Positions 23,673-37,405 of a stretch of DNA of 49,774 bases are shown here, in pieces. This DNA is from Atractiella rhizophila. Its lineage: Eukaryota. Both the position numbers and the translations under genes were made by a program. The notes beneath the pieces were generated by a model. It worked only from the letters and a program-made list of their open reading frames with translations. It was not told the origin of the DNA and ran no database searches. How positions within the stretch are numbered: the stretch's first letter is position 1; each line of letters starts with the position of its first letter. The DNA lies in contig MU271271.1 in the NCBI GenBank assembly GCA_021432655.1, forward strand, positions 62,001 to 111,774. Reading direction: 5' to 3'.

Positions 23673-25749
23673 ATGGGTAAAAAGGAAAAAACGAAGATGT
23701 CACTCCATGATTTCTTGGATTCCGGTGATGGACGTATGTCTTTTTTTCATGTTTCAGAGGGGCTACCGGAGGATGAGAGGTCGAGAGTGACAGGAATTGA
23801 TTGGCTAACACCTTGGCCGTGGGGGTAGCGACTTCTTGGGCAGACGAGATGGACTCATTGCCTACCGCGCGTAGGTCCTTCCGACCATTTCCGCCACAAA
23901 GTTCGCCTGACCTTAACTGGATGGATGAATAGCCGCATACAGGGACGAGTCCGATCCTAAAGCTGGTATGCGACGGCCGGATTATGCGCGTCAGAGCAGG
24001 CAGGACGGTATCTTATCTCTTCGTTTCTCATGAAACGGTTTCTTACATCGTTTATTGGACAATATAGACAGACCCCAACGTCCAGATCTCCCTCTTCCCA
24101 CACGTCCACCTTTCACAGCCTTCGTCGGGAATCTGAGCTTCGAAGTGGTTGAAGGGGACCTCGAGGACCTCTTTTCGGCGCTTAAGGTCAGCAACCCCTC
24201 TCCGCACCCTGAATGTTCTCATCTCGAGCCATTGGATGCAGACAATCTCTATTCGCATTGTGAGGGGTCCAGATGAAAGGCCCAAAGGTTTCGGTTACGT
24301 CGAATTTGGGACGCTTGACGACTTGAAGACGGCGCTAACCAAAACTGGGATTGAACTGTCTGGTCGTCCTATCCGTGTTTCAGTGGCAGATGCACGTATG
24401 TCCTCGCTTTTTGTACTCCTGATTAATGCCTCAACCTTCTTGTGATTTAGCAAAGGAACGAGAGGAATCCCGCTCGGCTGGCAAATGGGAAAGGACTGGC
24501 CCTCTGCCCTCCCTTCCCTCCAGAGGATCCTTCAGAGGTCCTGACCGCGGCGATGGATTTCGTGATCGAGATGAAGGGGAAGAGCGGGACTGGACGCGTG
24601 GATCCAAGTTTGTCCCTTCCCAGGACAATGGCCCGCCGTCGCGTAGTGGCAGCAGTCTGGGATTCGCACGAAGCGTGAGCGAAAGGGGAAAACCGAGGGG
24701 AGGGTTTGCGGATCGGGAAGGAGGTGGTGGCGGGGACGAGGAGAGGGATTGGACCAGGGGTTCCAAGTTTGTCCCTTCGGCACCGATGAGCCCTCCTCCA
24801 TCTGCAGGTTTGGGTGTTGGGGATGGGAGGAAGCCTGGATTCAAGAGGGAGGATAGCTTCAATTCCAGGAGGGGGACGGATGATGGGCCTGCTAATTGGA
24901 GGGGCAGTGGATTGGGGAGAAGTGCGAGCAATGTCGGATTTCAAAGGACTCGTCCGTTATTCACCATCGCTCACCCCATGACTGTGACTGATGGCTTACA
25001 TAGCCCCTGAACCATCTCCACGTCTTGAACGTCGGAAACTAGAGCTTGCCCCTCGTGGTTCATCCTCCAATGTCGCTTCTCCCGAGCTGGCTCATGCCAC
25101 TCTTCCTTCCTCAGCCACTTCCAAACCTAGCCCATTTGGCGCTGCTCGACCCATTGATTCTGCAACAAAGGAGCGCGAGATTGAAGAGCGGTTGACCAAA
25201 GAAGCTGAGGTGCGGAAGGCGGACGTGGAGAAGAAGGAAGCTGAGAGGGTCGCGGAGGCCGCGAAGAAACCGGCTGCCGCTAATCCGTTCGGGAACGCAA
25301 AGCCTGTAGATGCGAGAGCGAGAGAGGAGGAGATCGAGAAGAGGCTGGAAAAGGAAAAACAGGAGAGGTTGGAGAAAATGAAGACAGAGGAACAAGCTCC
25401 GAAGGAGAAGGAGAGAGAGGTTACTTTGGGTGGTGCCTTCACGAAGAGTGGTGGTGGAGGATTAGGCCATGGGAGGACAAGGAGCCAGCAAGGGAAACCT
25501 CGCGGTCCGCCTCCTGCGAACGGAGCAGGAGCAGGAGCGGCAGTCAAATCTCCACCTACCAACGCCGCACCTCTGACTTCCCCTCCACCAGTCAAACAGT
25601 CGTTCAGAAAGGAGGGCTTTTCCTACTCTTCGATGGCTCGGGCTACCTCTTCACCTGCACCTCCACTTGCCCCTAAGACGGCAAAGGATGTAGCAACAGA
25701 GACGGAGAAAGTGGCGGAGCAGATGGGAGGGATGACGGTCGATGCTTAA
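23673..25749 (+). CDS. TIF3: Translation initiation factor eIF4B
   Basis: MGKKEKTKMSLHDFL...SWADE; RRM (PPFTAFVGNLSF, KGFGYVEF); R/G/D-rich repeats; RKLELAPR; SPFGAARPID and NPFGNAKPVD. Confidence 0.92.
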
Positions 25750-26175
25750 GCGAGGAGGAGACGACGAATTAAAAGTACAGACATGGAATACTTGTTCGTC
25801 TGTTCCTTTCCACTTTATACGTGTCTCAGCGCTGAGAGGAGGCGGTCTGTAGAAGTAATATCAACCTCCCGACAGATGTGATGTTGTCCTTTCGACTTCA
25901 ACCTAACCCACATTCAATACTTCCCTCTTTCACCCGCTTGTATCATTTCTCCTTGCCATTTCGTGACGAGATGGTTGAAGAGCTTCAGTCAAGGCTCCTG
26001 TGATTATGTTACTTATCACTATTTTACGTTTTCAACGAAATTACATCCAGAATCGACTGAAACTCCCTTATAGATAAGCCTTTGGGATAAGGAAATGAGA
26101 TGACCAGATGCATCATTCATGCTACAGCGCAACTAAACAGATACATACAGAAAATAATTTCATCAGTCACAGCTA

Positions 26176-28010
26176 TCAGGACGCGCGTTCCCAGTACTGC
26201 CTCTCCTTCTCCTTCTCCAGCACTTCTTTCGTATACAACCTGCTGTCACGACTATCGACCTCAAGGATGACGGGGAGCGTCCCTCCACCTATGGAACGGT
26301 TCCCCAGATTCGAGCTGACGGAGGACTTATTTGGAAGGTGATGAAGAGGGATCTCGGATCGCTGTTGAACACTCGAACCGAAAGAATTTTGCGCCGCTGT
26401 AAAGGAGTACGTCGGGTTATCGCCGCCTCCACCTCCTCCCCCTGGTTTGCTTGCCGACCTCTGCGAATCCTGCTCTTGTTGATCTTTGACATTCTGTACA
26501 CCAAGCAAACCCATCCATTCAGCAAAATGTGAGAAGAGAGAAGGGAGGAGAAAGAGCGCACGAGGACAAGCTTCGAGCTCATCACACTCGTGAGTAGTGT
26601 GACAGCAGGCGCGTGGAGAGCATTGTTGGAGACAACCTTGGAAGGTAGTACAAACCAACAAAAGTTTAACAAGTTGCACGAAAACACGATTATGAAGTAG
26701 AGGATTCCGTCCCTACTAGCAGGTTAACTCCGCGCATAATCGTGACGGAGAGGATTGTAGACCTGAGAATTAGACGCAGGAGAGGCATGGAGCCGCCACG
26801 ACGAAAGTAGCGCATGATTGGTCTATAGCGACCTTTATCAGCCGGACAAGCGAGGCCACACTGGTGTTATGAGAGTCAGGGACGGACATGATGGTCAGCA
26901 AAAGCAGCTCGCTTCGCCAATGTCACACTGTGAGCTTTAGGAGCGTTGAGATGAATCGATGTACGTATCATATAGCAGCGCAGCAAGCCCTTCCAACCTC
27001 TCATCAGCTACCTCAATAAACGAAATAAAATAGTCACAATAAGGTATCCTGAATCCTCCCTTTCCTCCATTTGATATACACCCAACCTCTCCATCGGGTA
27101 TAAAGATCGGAACGTCAGTACGGAAACAGACGATCTGCACTGCGACTGTGGTGATTCCAGTGAAAAGTCTAGCATGTTCTCTTTAGTGGCTAATATGGAG
27201 CGATAAACAAAGGCCAACATCAGGATTCCGATTCGACACTCCTGATCCCACATCTGAACACAATACGTCAGCTGACCGTGGTGATGATAATGCTAGATAG
27301 ACGACAGAGACAAACCGCCCATGCTCGCATTCCAAGGATGGTCCATGCACATACTTCGAAAGTAGTGATGAGGTTTAATTAGTTTTAGGGTAAAAAAAGC
27401 ACACTGTACAGTATGAGCTATGAAACCAGTTAACGGTGTAATGTAGCTAGCCAATGAAAAGGCGCACAGCTCCAATTGGCTCTAGGAAGTGGATTTTGTC
27501 GCAGACATCCTTTGGCACATCACTCCAGAAAAGGATGACGAGGAAAATCTGTGATGTTGAAGAATTAGTCCAAGTTCACACAATATGGGAAGAGCTAGAA
27601 GTTACAAAGAAGATTAATCCGAAGTGTCGATTCACTAGGAAAGCGACTCGCATCGCACTCCACTGCCAGGGAGCTTTCCTGCAACAGGACATAGCTTCTT
27701 AGCACAGCGTCATATACAGAATTAAGAAGATGATAGAAAGAGGAAGGTCGCACCATATCTGGCCATACTCTCGTGGCAAGGTTTGACTTTCAGCGCGGAC
27801 TTGAGTCAACCCGACCTCATTGGGAGGAACGCACAGATATTCCCAGAAATATATCCCTGGCCCGTAGTTCGTTAGCACTTGGTCAAGAAATTGGAGAAAG
27901 GGAGCAACGATACCAGCACAGGCAGCAGTGTACGCTCGAGACTGCTCTAACACCCGCTTGAGTTGCGCGAATTCGCCTTCGCTCAGCACCAGTGTAGAAG
28001 TTGAAGACAT
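26176..28010 (-). CDS. DUF6533-type multi-pass membrane protein, paralog A
   Basis: Spliced GIYFWEYLQTLPREYGQIWKAPWQWSAMRVAFLVNRHFGL (DUF6533-like signature) and LLRLILRDGILYFIIVF. Many small exons. Confidence 0.8.
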
Positions 28011-29160
28011 CTCTACCGTCCAGAGGACAACAATGGAGACCGGCTGCGGAGCTGGCTTCTTTGAAGTTTCTTCACCTCCTTCTGCACAAGGCTAAACCTC
28101 GACGCAGGAGATATAAAGCTTCAGATTTGATTCTTCCAGGACGACAGGCGGAAAGATTCCCTCTCTCCGAAGCCGTAGGCTATGATAGGTCAAATACTGC
28201 ATGGCTGTTGTCAAGCAGGAACATTCATGAGGAACAGACCTTTATACTTCATATAGCTTCATTGCTACATTATATTAGCAAGAATCCTTAAATTTTGTGT
28301 CAGAAGCGCCAGTGAACATGTTTTCAAGTTAAATTGTGAGCTTGACAGCTTCTCGAGCGAAGCTAATGCCAAAGGATTATAATAAAAAACGCATTCGGAG
28401 GGACACATGAGGGTGAGGAGGGAAAGTCGGAGGGTCAGAAGAAGAGACACAAGCCATTCGGGTCCTCGTACCAAACATGCAGATGTGTCCTGTCAAAGAA
28501 TTCCTCTTTATGTCTAAGAATTCCTCTTTATCTTTCGTTTTTAGTACTTAGCTAGTCAGATCCTACTTTGCCGCAAGGCAGCCCAGATCATCTCGGGTCA
28601 GCTCAGGTACCTATCGAGGATCTCCCTGGAACTCAAACAACAGATTTCTTCTCCTAAACCACGTGACTTAATATGTTGCAACCACAGGTTACACAAGGCA
28701 AGGAGCTTAGCTTACTGGGGAGGACAAACGAGAGGCACTTAGAGATATAAAACATATATGCTTCCAATTACTCTGCTGACGCTATCGGGAAGTTGGATGT
28801 AAATAGGCAATAACATGTGTCAGATGTTTATCTTATAGTCTACAGGAAATAACAAGGTCTTTGGATACAGAAGGGCTTCTATTTTACTATACCCAGCTTT
28901 GGTATCAATTTGATCGCTGATTACAAAATGTACATACTCACTGTTTTACATATCAAGAGAAATAAACCTGGAAAATGATCTACTCAAACTAAATGGCAAT
29001 CTATACGGACAGTTCTTGGATAAGAATCGGGACCTATGATCAGGATAAGAATGGACGTGGCACGATGAACAGGACTCAGAGATGTAGTATTCATGCACAA
29101 TGCGAACTGATCAAAATGTACACCTAGCAGATATTCTCACCAACCAGTTGGCAGTCGCAA

Positions 29161-30900
29161 CTATGAGCGCTCCCACCATTGTCTCTGCGTCTCCTTCTCC
29201 AGCACTTCCTCCATATAAAACCTGCTGCTACGACTGTCCGCCTCCTGAATAACCGAGAGCTTCCCTCCACCAGTAGAAACGCTTCCCAGGTTTGAACTCA
29301 CGGAGCTTTTGTTTGATAAGCGATGAAGAGGTATCTCAGATGGCTTTTGAAGACCTGGACCGAAAGAGTTGTGGGCCGCTGTAAAGGAATAACTGGGGTT
29401 TTGAACTGATCCTGCTCCTTGTTTGCTTGCAGACCTCTGCGAATCCTGCTCTTCTTGATCTTTAACATTCTGAGCGGCGACCGCATCGATCAGCTTCTCT
29501 TCATCAAAAATTGGAAAGAGGGAGAAGAACGCACGAGCACTAGTCTCGAGCTCATCACCGCCGTCAGCAATGAGACTGCGGGAGCATGGAGAGAATGGTT
29601 GGAGACGATTTTGGACGGTAGGGCGAACCAAATGAAATTTAGCAGGTTGACTGAGAACACGACACCGAAGTAGAGGAGTCCGTCACGAAGGATGAGACGC
29701 AAGAGAGGCATAGAGCCGCCATGGCGAATGTAGCGGATGATCGGTCTAAGGTGATCAATTTATCAGACCAAGGGCCAGTTCGTGTAACGGGAAGGACGGA
29801 CATAATGGTCAGGAAAAGAAGTCCACTTTTGTATGTAAGAGAATGATCAATGACCTTCAGTTTGTGTGGAGAGAAACAGATTTACGTATCGAAAAACAAC
29901 GGAGCGAGCCCTACTCATTTCATCAGCTGCTTCGTGTGGCACAAAGAGGATAGTCACAATAAGGTATTCTGTATGCCCTCTCCCCTCCATTTGATATGCA
30001 ACCGAATTCTCCAACCGGTACAAAGACTGGGATGCTAGTGCGGAGGCACACGATCTCCACTACGACTGTGGTGACGCCAGTCAAAAGTCTGACATTTCAC
30101 CATGTTAGATGACGTTACGGAGCAAAGGCAGAGACCGACATCAGGATTCCGATTCGGCGCTCCTGATCCCACATCTGAAACATGTCAGTCGACTAACATT
30201 AGGCGGAAGATGAGCTTGGGAGACAAACCGCCCACGCTCGCTGCCCTAGAATCGTCGATGCGCATACTTCGGAACACCAATGAATTTATTCCTCCAGTTA
30301 GAAGAACGAGAGCGGCGCACTGTACAATATGAGCTACGAGTGGCGAAATTGACTCAGGACGTAGTTCTTCTGATAGTACAAGAGACGTACACCTCCGACT
30401 GGCTCCAGGAAGTGGATTTTTTCACATTTCTCGCGTGGTACGTCAGTCCAGAACATAGTAATGAGGAGAACCTGTCGGAATTGACATTGAACCGAGTTCA
30501 AGCAAACGTAGAGGAGCTGGAATTTACGAAGAAAAGCAATCCAAAGTGTCGATTTACAAGGAAGGCGACGCGCGTCATTGTCCACTGCCATGGAGCTTTC
30601 CTAGTTATAGATATCATATGCGGAAGAGGCTCTCAGATAGAAGGACTCCGCACCATATCTGCCTATACTCTCGAGGAAAGGTTTGACTTGAATCGGGAAG
30701 CTCAGTAAGCTTAACCCCGTTGCTCCAGAAGTAAGACTCACAGATAATCCCAGAAATAAATCCCTTGTCCAAGTCAACTAGCACTCCATAATGAAGGGAG
30801 GGAACGTACCAGCACAGGCAGCAGCATACGCTCGAGATTGATCTAAGACTCGCTTCAGGTGCGCAAGTTCGCCTTCACTGAGCTCCGGTGTGAGAGACAT
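29161..30900 (-). CDS. DUF6533-type multi-pass membrane protein, paralog B (tandem duplicate)
   Basis: MSLTPELSEGELAHLKRVLDQSRAYAAACAG...LLRLILRDGLLYFGVVF...EEVLEKETQRQWWERS*, colinear with paralog A. Confidence 0.8.
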
Positions 30901-31679
30901 CTTTTTCTGACAACCAAAAAGGGGAGTGGAGACCAGCTGATGATGTAGAAGCTGGGTGAAGGTTTTATTCTCCCTCCCTTCAATGCGACGCTAACGCGAC
31001 GTAGGAAAGATGCTCTGAGAAGCGGATAGATTCAGGGATACTGAGATCATAACTTGAAAGCTCTCTTCGACGCCCGGCTAGGCTAGAACAATGCGGGAGT
31101 TAATGGCGGGGGAAGCCTGGCCGTCGTCAAGCGAACATACATGTGTTCATAACGGACAGAACTCGAGTTCATATAGCTTCATTTTCCAGCGCTTCAAGGT
31201 CGTCAGGAAGTGCCAAAGTTCCCTTCGAAAGAAACGGCGTCGTAAGATCCAAAAAGGGAATGAACCCTCACCATCGACTAAAGAGGCACCATGGAAGACT
31301 TGAAGACACCACTATTTTACGCCTCTATTTCAATCATTCACTACATTGTCTAAACGCAATTCTTGAAGTTATAATATTCTTAGTTGCCTCAGGCCGCTAA
31401 GCTTTTACTCTGCTCGGTTCCGGCTGTTTGCGTCATAAATCACGTGAGAGATCTCGAGACCGAGAGACGTGACAAAACATCCCAGCAAAATGGCGCTGAT
31501 TACTCTACAAATTGTACAACTTAGCGAAGTTGAAGCTAAGTACTGGCACGGGTACAAGCAGACATGTGGTGTTCTGCTTTAAGGAGCGATCTGGAAAGCA
31601 GGTATCACTGTCAGATAGGTTTCAAGTTACGTGGCACAAGTTGCACAGATAGATACAGCATTCAGTCCATTCCTTTATC

Positions 31680-33391
31680 TCATTCCCAAGAGTCATAATC
31701 AAACCTCTCCGGCCAAATCACGGGGGCAATGAGGGTCCATCCATAGATGAGAAGACAGAACCAAGAGCTGACAATGCGAATCCACATCGCGACCGTGCTC
31801 CTGCCAATCTTAATCCATCCTCCATCGTCAGGAGTCTGAGTCTTCGACACGACGTTCCAATCTGTGAGGAGCATGGCGATGTACATCGCCGCCATGGCGA
31901 AGATGATGTGGAACCAAGCATAGTTGTACCTCGTTCCAGTCCTCTCATCATCACGTTCATCCCCTCCTCCCAATCCTTCGTCCTTGTCATCATCCTCATC
32001 GTGCTCCTCCAATGCGGACGCGGGCAGGGAACCTGCAGCAACAGCTGCCACGAGAGCATCGCGCTTGGTCGGTTGCTTATTGACCACTCCGAGCTCCCCT
32101 CCATGGGTCGTTCCACCTTCGGCATCATCGGCAGAAGGACCAGTGGGCAGCTTGGTGTAACCTCCGTCCCTTTCATATCCTCCTTTATTCTTCCCTGCCA
32201 ACGCTTTACTCTGCGTAGCCGCTCTTGACGTCGAGTATGCGATGGCGAGGAAAGTAAATATTGCTCCCAGGAGCACCAAGGACTGCCGCGCTCCGTCCGC
32301 TCTCTTGCTAAGGGGATTGCAGACTGGGTCGTTCCGGTTCGCCAACGCAGAAGTGACGAGATAAGTGCAGTAGGCGAGAACCATGCCGCTTTGAGAGAGA
32401 CCAGATTTGTAGTTTGCCTCTTGGACGACTGGGAGGACACAGAGTACAGAGAGTACTATGGAGAGGAGGAAATTGAAGGTCACAAAGAATTGATTGAGGT
32501 GGCAGGAGCCGGAGGCGAAGTAGATGTAGTCGAGGATGGTCAACGTGAGGGAGAAGGCGTAAGCTAACAAGGTTGAACCGATCAAAACCGTCTTCCAGAA
32601 GGTGGAGTCAGTTTCTTGCCAGTTCTCGAGACACTTCTCGCTCCATGAGTGCGCAAAATCGACCAGAAGGACAAGGCCGATGAGTATGAAGACTGTCGCA
32701 CCTACAGGTGCAACATAGTTCCCCCAGAAGATAAAGAAGCCGTTGGGGATGAAGAAAGAAATGACGACGAGAACGATCCAGGCTGCAATCTTGGGACCCC
32801 ACCAGCTTTTGAACACAATCACCGTCTGTAAGCTTTTATGGAAATGGCACGCACCCATTCTGAATCTCCGCACGCTTAGTTCGCGTGTCATGAACGTCAA
32901 CGAGCGAAGCCGAGAGGATGAGATGGAAGACAGCGAGAGCAAAGCAAAATCGGTGGACCTATCCAACAGACCAACTGTCAACACCATGTCCCATTTCGCT
33001 TTTGACAACGGAGAATTAACTCACTGCAAGAACACCATAACACGTACCCCCCTCACAATTCATCTTGATATAATCATAACTCCACTTCTCAATCTGCCTT
33101 ACAGCCCATGGCGTAAGCATGATCCAAGCTACCACAGAGTTGAGGAGCATGATCAAGCTGAACCCAACACGGGTAGCAACTGAAGAATTGCAGTTGCATG
33201 ATTTACAGAAAGCTGTGGCCTAAACAAAGTGCATAGACATTAGCAATTCAGTCAACCCCTGGAAGGACAGAATGGTGGCTTACGGCTTTGGATGTACAGA
33301 AAAAGGTAAGACCTGCAATGCAGGAGCTGAACAAGGTAGTCAGCAGCCCGCCAGCGGTGCCTAGCAGTGGAAGAGATAGGAAAGCACCCAT
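31680..33391 (-). CDS. TMS1: Serine incorporator (Serinc/TDE/TMS1) membrane protein
   Basis: MGAFLSLP...CKSCNCNSSVATR...CYGVLAVHRFCFAL...IQNGWWGPK...LVDFAHSWSE...YNYAWFHIIF...WTLIAPVIWPERF. 3 introns. Confidence 0.95.
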
Positions 33392-33620
33392 CTCGAGGAG
33401 GTCGATTCGTCAATTCGTCGTTTGGTCTTGTCCTTTCGGCAAGTTGGATGCATGACTCATGGAAGATCAACTCACTTGCTGATGGGATTAGCTGATGAGT
33501 CTACTTTTGCAGGCTTAGGTGCCTTGCTGGCTTAGGTGAATATCCCTAAAAGTCTTTTGAAGTAATGTCAAAGTCTTTGCTCTCGCCCAAGTTTCTGGTT
33601 GACGAGAAACGCAGTCTGCG

Positions 33621-35384
33621 ATGTCATCTGCGGCACTGAAGGATAACTTGCTCCATATACTCAGCTACAATTTCGAACCTCTTCCAGGACCTGGACCTCT
33701 AGAAGTCTTCCTCTCATTTGCGATACCCTTTTCCTCGACACGGCGTCTCCATGCTCGCCATGCCGAAGCTGTCCATCTCATCTACCAGCTTTCGATGCAA
33801 TCTGAGCTAGTAGAAATCTCATCATCGCAGTCGTCTCTTCAAGTTTGTGCAAGTTTCGAAGTCGGCGACGGTGTTGATGTCGATATATCTATTGTAGCGA
33901 GTGCCGAACACTTCCCAAGCTTCGAGCCAACGTTCCTTCTTGCGGTCTGTCCTCGCGATGCACACCCCAACAATCCAAAACCTGGAATTTTACAAGGTAG
34001 TGACGAGTTTCGTCTGTGGCTCTCACAGGCTTTCGGTATGAGAGGCCGGCTTCAGCTGTCAGTAGAAATCTTCCAGCCGTGGCTCTCCAACCCTTTTGCC
34101 TTATTACCAATCGAATTGGTCAGCCTCTGTATGTCGGAAGCTGTGGTCGAGGATACTGAAAACACATCTCTTGCTGGAGGCCGAGAAATGAGAAGTCTCG
34201 AGACATTCTACACTCTCCAGCGACTGCGCCTCGTCTGCAGCGTGTTCAACGAACTTGGAATCGATCTTTTATGCAGGCTAGAGGGCAGCGGGAGGACTGA
34301 TATCATCACGAATCCGATGACCTTGATGCAAAGCTATAGGGAGAACTTCTCTCCGTGGCTGAAAACGCGAGTTCTTCAAGAACGAGATGTGTATGGTTCG
34401 AAGGATGTGTGGAAAGACATCGATGGGTTGTTAAATCACTGCATCAGGCTCGAAGAGGTGTTCCTAGTCATCGCTCCTCCACCCGATCCAAAGAAGAGAT
34501 CAAAGACACTAGGCAAGATTTTCGCGCTTGGAAACATCCAATCATTGCATCTTTGGTGTGACTTACATCATCACGAGCGATGGGACACTGACGACTTCAT
34601 GAGAGTATTTCGAAGTTCCACCAAACTACAATCTGTGTCTTTCAAAGGGTGGGATCTCTTAGCCCGCCCTTCTTTTCCGGCAGAGAATCCATGGCCTATC
34701 CCAGAGATTAAACTTGTCCAATGTAAAATTGGCAAAGATAACTTACGCTGGCTCGAGGACGTTTACAAGATGGACCAGAAAGCGAACACGCTCATCTTTT
34801 CTTCGTTCTGGCCAGTGGATATGTCAGACACCTCTCTGAACTCCTTCCTCTCTTCGTTCAGCCAAGTGTCGAAGTTATACCTCCTGAATAAACCTCTTTC
34901 TCGATACGATGTATACTCCCGCTTCCTGTTCCGATGCCACTCGACACTAAATCGTTCGCTTTCCTCTTTCTCGTCCCTCACGAAGCTTCTCATCAACGGA
35001 GGAGAAGAATCTGTCACTCTGATATCTCCTGACTTCTTGGACGATTTCTACTGCCCAAATTTACGAGAGCTGTGGATTAGCTTCACCTATGTTCCCGCCT
35101 ATTCTGTATGCCGTTTCATGACCAATTATCGGCAAGGAGTGTCTCGGTCTCTATTAGAAGTGAGGGTTGAAGTATTTTTCTGCGAGTGGGAGGAGGGAGA
35201 AAGCGCGGAACAGCTTTTACAGATGCTTCGCGGGAAAGTAGATTCAGAGACAAAAGTCATGGGTGAAACTGAGCGGTGGTACCTTGGTTATGATCGTTGG
35301 AGATTCTCTGGCGACCAATTCAACTTCGAGTTTACGGAAAGTGGGAATGAACCGGAATCTGCGATGGATTATGTTTGGGATTAA
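33621..35384 (+). CDS. Intronless F-box / LRR-like protein, paralog of 1395-3156
   Basis: 587-aa ORF. F-box-like PFALLPIELVSLCM...LRLVCSVFNEL; LxxLxL repeats; LLINGGEESVTLISPDF and VFFCEWEE match the first paralog. Confidence 0.75.
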   Translation: MSSAALKDNLLHILSYNFEPLPGPGPLEVFLSFAIPFSSTRRLHARHAEAVHLIYQLSMQSELVEISSSQSSLQVCASFEVGDGVDVDISIVASAEHFPSFEPTFLLAVCPRDAHPNNPKPGILQGSDEFRLWLSQAFGMRGRLQLSVEIFQPWLSNPFALLPIELVSLCMSEAVVEDTENTSLAGGREMRSLETFYTLQRLRLVCSVFNELGIDLLCRLEGSGRTDIITNPMTLMQSYRENFSPWLKTRVLQERDVYGSKDVWKDIDGLLNHCIRLEEVFLVIAPPPDPKKRSKTLGKIFALGNIQSLHLWCDLHHHERWDTDDFMRVFRSSTKLQSVSFKGWDLLARPSFPAENPWPIPEIKLVQCKIGKDNLRWLEDVYKMDQKANTLIFSSFWPVDMSDTSLNSFLSSFSQVSKLYLLNKPLSRYDVYSRFLFRCHSTLNRSLSSFSSLTKLLINGGEESVTLISPDFLDDFYCPNLRELWISFTYVPAYSVCRFMTNYRQGVSRSLLEVRVEVFFCEWEEGESAEQLLQMLRGKVDSETKVMGETERWYLGYDRWRFSGDQFNFEFTESGNEPESAMDYVWD

Positions 35385-35423
35385 AGCTCAGCTATTCACC
35401 GTCCATCACTTGACTCTTCGAAA

Positions 35424-37369
35424 CTAGCATCTAGTTGACACTCCACCGAACATCCACTTATACGCCTCTCCCACACCATCCTCGTTGCCAACTACTGTCC
35501 CCGTCAGTTTACAAACCCATAAGGTCCCCATCCCCGCGGTATGAACCTGGACGACAGGTTTGTTCTCCGCCGTCCTAACATGAACACTCTCCACGCACAT
35601 GCTAGGTTCGAGAAAAAGGGCAATGTGACGTCCCTCACCCTGAAGCTCGACCGTCTTCCGCGATGCTCGCCTCAAGGCTCCTTTCGCCATTGGGAGCCCA
35701 TGATAAGGATTTGATGAAGCGTGGCTAGCCTGCTGGACTAACGACTGAAAACTTCCTGAGATTGAGTTAGGGCATGAGGAAGAGAGGACCACGGATCTTG
35801 CTACCTCGAACTCAACGGTGCCATAAATGGGGAGTCGGGAGAGATAAAATTTGGAGATCCCATGGGGATAGCTTTCCGGGTCTGAAGTTTGCACAAACTC
35901 GAGGAGGTCCCGCCCCGTATTTGACTCCAGCTGGTCGACATAGGTTCGCCAGTCTCCTCGAAGTTCAACTCTGCCCTTTCGGTCCGACAGTTTTTCTTTC
36001 CTCCTCAGTTGCCGTTCCCCAATCACCTCTCCCGTCTTCTCAACTACCCAGTGACTCGTTCCATCCTCGAGTTCTATCAACGCAATTCCTCCACCGCAGA
36101 TTCTAGCGGAGTAAATTTTTACAGTCATGCTCCTCAATAGCTCGTCATCTCCACTAGCCGCCTTACGAATCTGAAACAGAGGGTTGGAGATGGATAACGA
36201 GAAGTAGGTGTACAACCTCTTGAGGGTGAACCGTAAGGAGACGAGAAGGTTTTCGACAACGCTGGTATCGCATGATGGTGTGAATATGTTGGATAGCACT
36301 CCATCACGTCGATGCGACGATGATGATGGACGAATGTTCCCAATGAAGGAATCCAGCCAAGCGTATGAGGCAACCAGGTCAGCGGTACTCGGGTTGAACA
36401 CTGAAGAAGTAGGAGGGTCTGTCTTTGGAGTTATCGGCCGATTGGATGACGGTCGGAGAGGAACGAAGGTCTTCAACGGACGTCCCGTAACATCAATCGT
36501 CTTAGCAATAGCGACAGTTTTAGAAGACGTGATCGAAGTCGAAATTCTCCCTCCTTCCTTTGAAACTTGTGAACGAGGAGGGTTGCCAGCTGCGCGACTT
36601 TTCGTTGATGGCGCCAGTCTAGAAAATGTCCACCTCCCGTTTTCATGCCTTGTGGATCCTACGCTGGCTTTGGACACGGCACTGGGCTTTGGTTCTGTGA
36701 CGGGTGCGTTCTGGGGTTGATTCGACCGAGGTTTCAAAGGGCTGACCATAGACTGCTGGGTAGATGCCGATTTGGCAGAGAGTGACGTGGGGGTATCGCT
36801 GATGATTGCCGCTGGTCCGCAAGAATGGATCTGTGCTTTCGTCGCCGTTGGAATTTGCCTCAGGGACGCTACGGCGCCGTCTTGCTCTCCGGTTTGAGAG
36901 ACTGTTAGAGTTTTCTCAGAAGTTGGACCGCCGTCCGCTGGCGCAGCGATGGCAATGCCACAATGGTTGATCAAACTTTTGTTGAGGTTTCCATCGACTC
37001 CCGTTTCTTCTCTTCTACTCAACGAAGCTTCTTCCGCTCCTGATGAGACTTGGGTATGACTCTTCTTCAGTTTCTTCGCCACTGATACATGGTATTTTAG
37101 ATACAGACGGGCTGGCCAGCGGGAAAGAGACAACCAACCGTGGGTTACTCCAATATCCGCGTCTGCACTCCGTTTCTTCAAAGGCTCTCCAGCGTCGTGT
37201 CTTTGGAGTCTCTCTACTAGATCTCCTTTCTTCCCAGAAACAGGAAGGCCACGCTCTTTCAGGATGACCTTTAATTCAGGACTGGGATGATAGGGCAAGA
37301 AAGTGACTGGGAATCACGTTGGAGGATCTCAAAGACTCACATTTTAAGTTTGGCATATTCCATAGGCAT
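35424..37369 (-). CDS. SAP-domain protein with low-complexity middle and unknown C-terminal domain
   Basis: Exon 1 MPMEYAKLK, intron 37282-37340, then IPELKVILKERGLPVSGKKGDLVERL (SAP consensus). Confidence 0.85.
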
Positions 37370-37405
37370 GATATTCAAACGTGATGAAGGAACTGTGGCA
37401 AAGGA

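Noticed and set aside
28496..28531. 16-bp duplication AAGAATTCCTCTTTAT with 20-bp period
   Set aside because: Ordinary slippage duplication with no further structure.
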